DNA of 64,000 nucleotides from Octopus vulgaris. Its lineage: Eukaryota. A program made the position numbers and the translations under genes. This document shows positions 55,667 to 64,000 of the stretch, in pieces; position 1 is the stretch's first letter, and the number at the start of each line of letters is the position of its first letter. The notes under the pieces are model-generated. The model saw nothing but the letters and a program-made list of their open reading frames with translations, was not told the origin of the DNA and did not search any database. The stretch is from NCBI GenBank assembly GCA_951406725.2, contig OX597831.1, positions 34,038,001 to 34,102,000 of the forward strand, in the 5' to 3' direction.

Positions 55667-57180
55667 CAGGGAGTTATATATGTATATATATATTTATAAT
55701 ATAATATAATATATATATATACTGTATTACATGATTATGAGAAAGACAAGGGATAAAGTACGATTTATTCGTGATAAGAGTTGTTTTAAAACCGAAGTTC
55801 TACTGTATATATATATATATGTGTGTGTGTGTATGAATGTATGTATGTATGTATGTATGTATGTATGTATGTATGTATGTATGTATGCATGTATGTATGT
55901 ATGTATACATATATGCATGTATGTATGTATGCTTTGTTCGTGTGCGTGTGTGCGTGTGTGTGTGTGAATGCATTTTTGTTTGTCCTATATTGCTTGTAGC
56001 TTAATGGTTAAGCAAAAGCATAACATTAGAATAAGTGCCAGACTTTAAAGTACCATAGAGGTCGATTTGCTTCATTAAAACTGTGGTCCAGTGGCTGAAA
56101 CTAATTAACGCGTTCCTTCTTATATATCATGTTCACATAGTGGTGCTAAAATGGATTGCTTCAGCCTGCGATGGCCACATTCCTTTCTTGGTTCGAGCTC
56201 TTTCCGTTGTTAATTGAAAGAAGATAATTCGATCACAGCATTTTATTTATCAGCACCAAAGCGATGAAAAGAAAAGTTGCCTTTGGTAGGATTTGAAATC
56301 AGTGACCCCGAAAAATACCACAAGTTTGTCTATCCGATGCTCTGTTGACTTTGTCAAACAAATGCTTCACAACAGATATTCTCATTATTTATAATGTATC
56401 AGGCTGGGCCCACTGCAATAATTCTTCTGTTCCTTTGATCCTTTTACTCGTTTCATCTATGCGGTTGCGGTCACTTACTAGTCACTGGTCGGCCCGGGAT
56501 TATGGTGAAAGTGCCGTGTGGTCGGGTCCAATCTCACAAAGTAGTACGAGCGAAAAGTGCCTCGCGGTACTTCATTTCGTTTTTTTCTTTTTTTTTAAAT
56601 ATATACTGAGTTCAAATCTCACCGTTATCGATTTTGCTTTTCAATGTTGAAGGATCGATAAAGCAAATAACAGTAGTCAAGTACTGGAGTTAATGTGATG
56701 TAATCGACTTTGCCCTCACCTCTCCTCTAATTCTTTTGACGTTGCTGTTACGTAAGAAGTTATTCAATGAAATACTGTAGAAAGCAATATTTATTCAGAA
56801 GCAGACGTTCATACAAAAAAATGGTCGATAGAATATCCTGCTCGGGAATGTTCGCTCCCTTTGGTTTGATTACCACCCACCCACCCACGCCGCTTCAACC
56901 AGACTCTCCACATCCTTACTGCCAGCAGAAGAGTGACAGGAACGGTAAAGTGTCACATAAACTTTAGCTATTTATTCGTTCAGCCAATGATCGATCCAAT
57001 TATAGCTTCTAATACCTGTATTATAGAAAAGCGAAGAGAAGGCAGAGACAGAAAGAGGGGGGAGATAGGGGAGAGAGAGTGAGGGGGGAGATAGAGAGAG
57101 AGAGAGAGAGAGATAAAGAGAAAATACAAAACATAAGCAAATGTATATTTGCCTCTTCGTCTCTCGGAAAGCGGAAGCCA

Positions 57181-57269
<89 letters not shown>

Positions 57270-57346
57270 TAATAATAATAATGACAATAATAATAATGAT
57301 AATAATAATAATAATGATAATAATAATAATAATAATAGTAATAATG

Positions 57347-57377
<31 letters not shown>

Positions 57378-57418
57378 TAATAATGATAATAATAATAATG
57401 ATAATAATAGTAATAATG

Positions 57419-57466
<48 letters not shown>

Positions 57467-57570
57467 GTAATAGTAATAGTAATAATAATAATGATAATAA
57501 TAATAATTGTAATAATAATAATAATAGTAATAATAATAATAATAGTAATAATAATAATAATGATAATAAT
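57181..57570 (+). repeat. Imperfect (AAT)n microsatellite, ~390 bp
   Basis: Directly visible. Confidence 0.95.
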
Positions 57571-58950
57571 GGTGATTATGGTGGTGATCATGATGATATA
57601 CAATAATAAAGAAACAGAGAAAGCAGCTTCGGACACCATTACATGTTAAAAACGATGTTACAGGAATCTGACAAATAATTTTTCACACCGTTTTCTGATT
57701 ATAGCTTACTAAAATAAAAACAACAAGTTTCACACAGATTAGTAGGATAATGGAATAAATGTATTCGAATTTCATCACGCAGAGTACTTAAGCGGCTTAC
57801 GTTTGATAAGAAAGAGATATCAATGACAATATCTAAATCGCTGTCTATAATAAAGCACGAAGAGAGAGAGAATAAAGCACGAAGAGAGAGAGAGGGATAG
57901 AGAGAGAGAGAGAGAGAGAGATAGATAGATAGAGAGAGAGAGAGAGACAGAGAGAGAGAGAGAGAAATATACACACTCACACACAAACACAAAACAATGC
58001 AAATATTCCAGGAGAAAAATTCTCATATCAAATTGATAAGAAATGTATTTATTTATTTGTTTCTGTGTTGAAAATAAATTCGTTGTGAATTGATGAGGTG
58101 CAAGACAATTAATCCTGATATCTTTTTTAAAATTTTTTTCATTTTCATTCATTGTCGTAAAAAAAAAGCAAAAAACGAATATGTGTCACATTTTGATGGA
58201 GATTATTATCCTCAATGTGTTGGAGCTAAGCTCTTCCTAGTATTGTTATTATTATTTTGTTTTTACATTAGCGTTTCTTTGAGTGATAGTATAGCAGTTG
58301 ATGGACAGACGATTTAAGTTTAACACAGTGAAGTTCAGGAAACATTTGTTGTTTCACACAAGTTCTATTACTCACCGAGCACATCAATCTGTCTCCTATT
58401 TTATGGTTTGTTTAAACTCATTTTTCAAAACATCACAGCATAATAATATTTAGCGATACCTTTCATCCTGTGTCAAATATATCCATCAGCTCTGACCGAC
58501 GTCTACGACTGTTCGCAACATAGACAAGCATGTACTTATAACACACACAAATACAAGTATATCAAATACCATACAACGTAGATACTTCATTTAGGAAAAT
58601 TATCTCTGTCTCTAGAGGATGTATTATAAATGGTAATGGTAATTAAAACCAACTCAACATGGTAAGGGGAGATAATTTTAAGATTCACGAATTCTCCAAG
58701 TTTGACATTTAAGTAAAAGGACAGGCTTATTGTTTAGGGATAAAAGGGCAGTCGTGGACGCGTGTTTCTGACACAATAGCCCTCATTAGCACGGCAGTTG
58801 TCCGATATTGTCTCCGTCCCAAGACTCAGATTTATACAAAAGGGATTATAGCACATATAGGGTCTAAGTAATTTCAATAATTTAAACAAAAATATCTTAA
58901 GGGGAATAACTCAGAGTTGCTACTGTCATGTATTTGAACGCAAATGCCAT

Positions 58951-59183
58951 ACTCTTTTTACCCTTTTACTTGTTTCAGTCATTTGACTGTGGCCATGCTG
59001 GAGCACCGCCTTTAGTCAAGGAAATCGATCGCAGGATTTATTCTTTGTAAGCCTAGAACTTATTCTATCGGTCTCTTTTGCCGAACCGCAAGTTACGGGG
59101 ACGGAAACACACCAGCATCGGTTGTCAAGTGATGTTGAGGAGGACAAACACAGACACTCAGACACAAAAACAGACACACACAC

Positions 59184-59239
<56 letters not shown>

Positions 59240-59401
59240 GACGGGCTTCTTTCAGTTTCCGTCTACCAAATCCACTCACAAAGCTTTGGTCGGCCCGAGG
59301 CTATAATAGAAGACAGTTGCTCAAGTTGCCATGCAGTGTGACTGAACCCGGAACCATGTGGTTGGTAAGCAAGCTACTTACCACACAGCCACTCCTGCGC
59401 C
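58951..59401 (-). mobile_element. SINE family B, full length
   Basis: Reverse complement of 16073-16482. Confidence 0.85.
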
Positions 59402-60432
59402 ATGCTGATGATTTTTAAAAGGAATGAAATATTTTTGTGCATGATTACAACAGATAAGCAAATATTAAAGAAAATAAATAAATATGTGTATTCTGTACAT
59501 TTTTTCTTTCTGTCTTACTTTTCAATTCAAACCTCTAACCACGCGCAATATGATAAAGAAATGATTTCCTCCCTTTAGAGGACTTCACGTATTTTAAATA
59601 CACAACTTCTCTGGGCAAAAATGTTGTGTGATATATCTTCCAGTTATTTACATTTTGTGTTCAAATCCTATCGAAGACAACTTTGCCTTTCATTTTATCT
59701 GGGGTCGATAAAATAAATAGTAGTTAAGAACTGGAGTAGGTGGTATCAATTAACTTCTTTTCTAAAGTGATTGCAGGATTTGGGCCAAAATTAGAAGCAG
59801 ATATCTGAATAGAAGTAGACTTCGTAGAGAACAAAACGCTGCATTTAAGATCCAAGCTAATAAATATGTTGAAATATCTTATAAACCTTGGACAATGAGG
59901 AACATTCGAGCGAGGTTCATTATGCATCAAATCATACAGCACATAGCGTATATCGTTATCTTTAGCTGGAACAGCAGATAAAAATCCTCCTCGTCCGGCT
60001 TAAGCATTGTGAACGGATATCGTAGAGGATAACGGAAAGGAACTCGTCGTGTGTGTAGTCCACAGACGAGATCCAGAGACTCTCAGTATGGAAGACACTT
60101 TGTAGAGCTCAAAAAGATTCAAACTTAGATTCCCAAGTCTTTACCGAGGATCGATTCCAGAGAGTAAACAGTGGCTATAAGAGGGATCAAGTTGAGCGTA
60201 TTCAGAGGCAATTATGTAGATTAGAAAATTAGAGGTATTAAATATAATGCACTGGTTTGAATTTCATGCCCAAACTATTATATTATATTTAATAAATCTG
60301 ATTTGTTTATCCGCATACTCACCTGCCTCCCTCCCCCTCTCCCCCTCTCTCTCTTTATATATATATTAAAAAATTAAGATAACAAGGTCAAGGCAATTTG
60401 ATATTCCTAGGACCTTTATAAATAAAAAGACT

Positions 60433-60480
60433 GTCTTACAGCTGTTTCAAGGAAATAAATGTTATTCCATCATCAGAGAC
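60433..60480 (-). ncRNA. Type I hammerhead ribozyme motif
   Basis: Minus strand GTCT CTGATGA TGGAA...TTCCTT GAAA CAGCTG TA^ AGAC. Confidence 0.75.
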
Positions 60481-60895
60481 GAGTTTAAACAGCTTCAATA
60501 GAATGACTTGGTAGAGTTTTTTTTTTGTTTTAGAAGTTATTCTGGCGTGGGAGAAATTTACCAGAAATTAGATATAGTGCAGAAAGTATACAAGAAATAT
60601 ACTACAAAATCCTTTTGAATGAAGAAAACATGGGGTTAGTACCTGCATTTGAAATAACAACATATGAATTCTTATCAGACTTTACACATCATGGACAAAA
60701 ATACTCTTTACGCATTCTACACAACGCATTTCTTCGATAGCGGAACAACTTTAACATCTAACATGTAATTTTATTTTCATGTTTTCCTTTTTACTCTCTG
60801 CATTATATCTTATTTCTTCTATGTTTCTCCCTCCCCAGAAAAACTTCTAAAACAATTAACTCTACTAATTGCTTCTATTGAAGCTCTTTTAACTT

Positions 60896-60943
60896 GTCTC
60901 TGATGATGGGATATCATTTATTTCCCTGAAATAGCTGTAAGAC
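60896..60943 (+). ncRNA. Type I hammerhead ribozyme motif
   Basis: GTCT CTGATGA TGGGA...TCCCT GAAA TAGCTG TA^ AGAC. Confidence 0.75.
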
Positions 60944-61165
60944 CACCTTTCTATTCATAAAGATCCCAGGAATATCAAATTGCCTTGGCCTTGTTATCTT
61001 ACTGTATTTAACACATACACACTCAACACACAACCTGCCTTAGACTCATCACTCATGCTATTGAACCGGGAGCTTAACAGCGGTCTTTCCGTAGCACTTA
61101 CATAGCCTTACCTGCCTTGTGTTCCTTCTGGATACCAAAACGTCTAATTATAAATATATATATTC

Positions 61166-61355
<190 letters not shown>

Positions 61356-61789
61356 TTGTGTATGTGTGCGTACGTATATATATTTATGCGTGTGCCTTTC
61401 TGTCTGTGTTTGTCCACCCAACCATCGCTTGACAACCAATGTTGGTGTCCCCGAAACTTAGTGGTTCGGCAAAAGAGACCGATAGAATAAGTACTAGGCT
61501 TACAAAGAGTCAGTCTTGGGGTCGATTTGTTCGACTAAAGGCAGTGCTCCAACATGGACGCAGTCAAATGACTGAAACAAGTAAAATAGCAAAAGAGATG
61601 TATAATAGATCTTAGAAGTAAACACTTATATTAAAAGTATACATTGACATTGGTTTGCAATTTGTGTACAATGCTAGCAATTTCAGGAGAAAGGTTAGTC
61701 GATGACATCAAGTAGTACTTATTTCATCGACTGCGAATGAATAAAGTGCAAAGGCGACCTCGTGGGAATTTCAGTTCAGTACGCAATGA

Positions 61790-62592
61790 AGGTGGCGAGC
61801 TGGCAGAAACGTTAGCACGCCGGGCGAAATGCGTAGCCGTATTTCGTCTGCCGTTACGTTCTGAGTTCAAATTCCGCCGAGGTCGACTTTGTCTTTCATC
61901 CTTTTGGGGTCGATTAAATAAGTACCAGTTACGCACTGGGATCGATGTAATCGACTTAATCCGTTTGTCTGTCCTTGTTTGTCCTCTCTGTGTTTAGCCC
62001 CTTGTGGGCAGTAAAGAAATAGGTATTTCGTCTGTCTTTGCGTTCTGAGTTCAAATACCGCCGAGGTCGACTTTGCCTTTCATCCTTTCGTGGTCGATAA
62101 ATTAAGCACCAGTTACGCACTGGGGTCGATGTAATCGACTTAATCCGTTTGTCTGTCCCTGTTTGTCCCCTCTATGTTTAGCCCCCTGTGGGCAATAAAG
62201 AAGTAAGAAACGTTAGCACGCCGGACGAAATGCTTAGCGGTAATTCTTCTGCCGCTATGTTCTGAGTTCAAATTCCGCCGAGGTCGACTTTGCCTTTCAT
62301 CCTTTCGGGGTCGATTAAATAAGTACCAGTTAGGTACTGGGGTCGATATAATCGACTTAATCCGTTTGTTTGTCCTTGTTCGTCCCCTCTGTGTTTAGCC
62401 CCTTGTGGGTAGTAAAGAAATAGATGTTTCGTCTGTCTTTACGTTCTGAGTTCAAATTCTGCCGATGTCGACTTTGTCTTTCATCCTTTAGGAGTCGATA
62501 AATTAAGTACCATTTGTGTTCCGGAGTCGACCTAATCGACTGGCTCGCTCCCACCCCAAAATTTCGAGGCTTCTGCCTGGAGTAGAACAGAA
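61790..62592 (+). mobile_element. SINE family A multimer (four bodies), followed by minus-strand copies at ~62600-63060
   Basis: Repeated B-box/central block; homology to 49592-50413. Confidence 0.85.
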
Positions 62593-63690
62593 TTCAGTAC
62601 ATAAAGACGGACAAAATGCTGCTTAACGATTCGGCCAGCTCGCTACCTTACTGATATTATATACCGATTTCAAATTTCGGCACAAGACCAACAATTTCGG
62701 GTGAGGAGATGATTCGATTACATCGACCCCAGTATTCAGCTGGTACTTATTTTATCGATTCCGAAAGAATGAATGAAAGACAACGTCAATCTCGGCGGAA
62801 TTTGAACTCAGAAATTGAAGACAGACGAAATGCTGGTAAGCATTTTATTATGCGTTATAACGCTTCTGCCAGCTGGCCCCACTACTGATATCAAATATTG
62901 GTTTCAGATTTTGATACTAGGCCAGCAATTTTGCAGGAGGGGTATGACGATTACGTCGATCAAAGTGTTCAACTGGTGCTTATTTTATCGACCCAAAAAG
63001 GATGAAAAACAAAGTTAACCTCGGCGGAATTTGAACCCAGAAAAGCTGAGCTCAGAACGGACGAAAGGGTGCTAAGCCTTTCGTCCACTCCACCTTATTG
63101 ATATTAAATATTAAAAGTAGACATTGGTGTGAAAATTGTATTTTTCCAATTTCTAGCTTGGATAGAAGCTAATGACTCTTCAGAAAGTGGTGACCTCAAG
63201 GCCAAAACTTATTACGGATGCATGGTACAAAAATGGTGCACTAAGATGCTAGGATAGGTGCTAGTGTAAAAGAGGTTGATGTGTTAAAGCAATGATCCGA
63301 GTAGTCCCGACCGAGATTAGAACTCGGAAGGCAAATAATCGGATCAAATAGAGAAAATACATCTCATCCGATGATCAGTTGCCTCAGAGTTCGGACAATC
63401 TAGGGGCCCATAATTGATACTTTCGTTTAAACGAAAATAGAAAGAATGAATGCAAAATTTGACCATGGCTCAAACAAAGCACTGACTATTGAAAAGAAAG
63501 CCTACTCCGAAAGACTTTCTATTTATGCCTGTAACGCCTTTGAAAAGCCGTAGCTTATGTTTTAAAAGTGCGCATTTATTTCAAATGTACGCGTTCATAT
63601 TAAGACTGAACGTTAAACATGCTAAATATACGGTACACACATATTGCATGTACACACACGTAAATGAATACATATACATACATACATGCG

Positions 63691-63724
<34 letters not shown>

Positions 63725-63727
63725 CAT

Positions 63728-63794
<67 letters not shown>

Positions 63795-63827
63795 TATGTA
63801 TGGCATAAACATATATTCATGCATATG

Positions 63828-63858
<31 letters not shown>

Positions 63859-63896
63859 GCATATGTATATATACATATATGTATGCATATATATGT

Positions 63897-63954
<58 letters not shown>

Positions 63955-64000
63955 AAATATACACGTTTATAGATATATTCATATATTCCTTGCAAAAATC

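Noticed and set aside
58753-58793. Hammerhead-like motif CGTG CTAATGA ... GAAA CACGCG TC CACG (-)
   Set aside because: G5A core change and poor stem II; decayed

Overview
AT-rich eukaryotic non-coding DNA, saturated with microsatellites (TA, TATC, TATG, TAA, AAG, CA). The repeat repertoire looks like an Octopus (coleoid cephalopod) genome; this is inferred from three recurring tRNA-headed SINE families, not from a database match. No complete host gene is visible. Nearly all ORFs in the supplied track are translated microsatellites or SINEs. The recognisable protein fragments are all transposon remnants: RTE, R4/Dong, Tx1-like, Penelope-like GIY-YIG, Tc1, two mariners and a probable Gypsy integrase. 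The main unexplained signal is non-coding: at least 8 type-I hammerhead ribozyme motifs with an intact CUGANGA...GAAA...NUH core, plus about 5 variant or degenerate ones, from several unrelated repeat families. They mostly sit in fold-back (inverted) arrangements inside (TA)n. The best case is a young, ORF-less, retrozyme-like element at 20659-22381. It is built from a 590-bp unit repeated directly and then inverted, and carries three hammerheads with an unusually long stem II. Other notable items are a MITE carrying telomeric repeats, templated inversions at retroelement 5' junctions, and microsatellite-specific insertion by several retroelement clades. All structures were read by eye, and coordinates of degraded elements are approximate.
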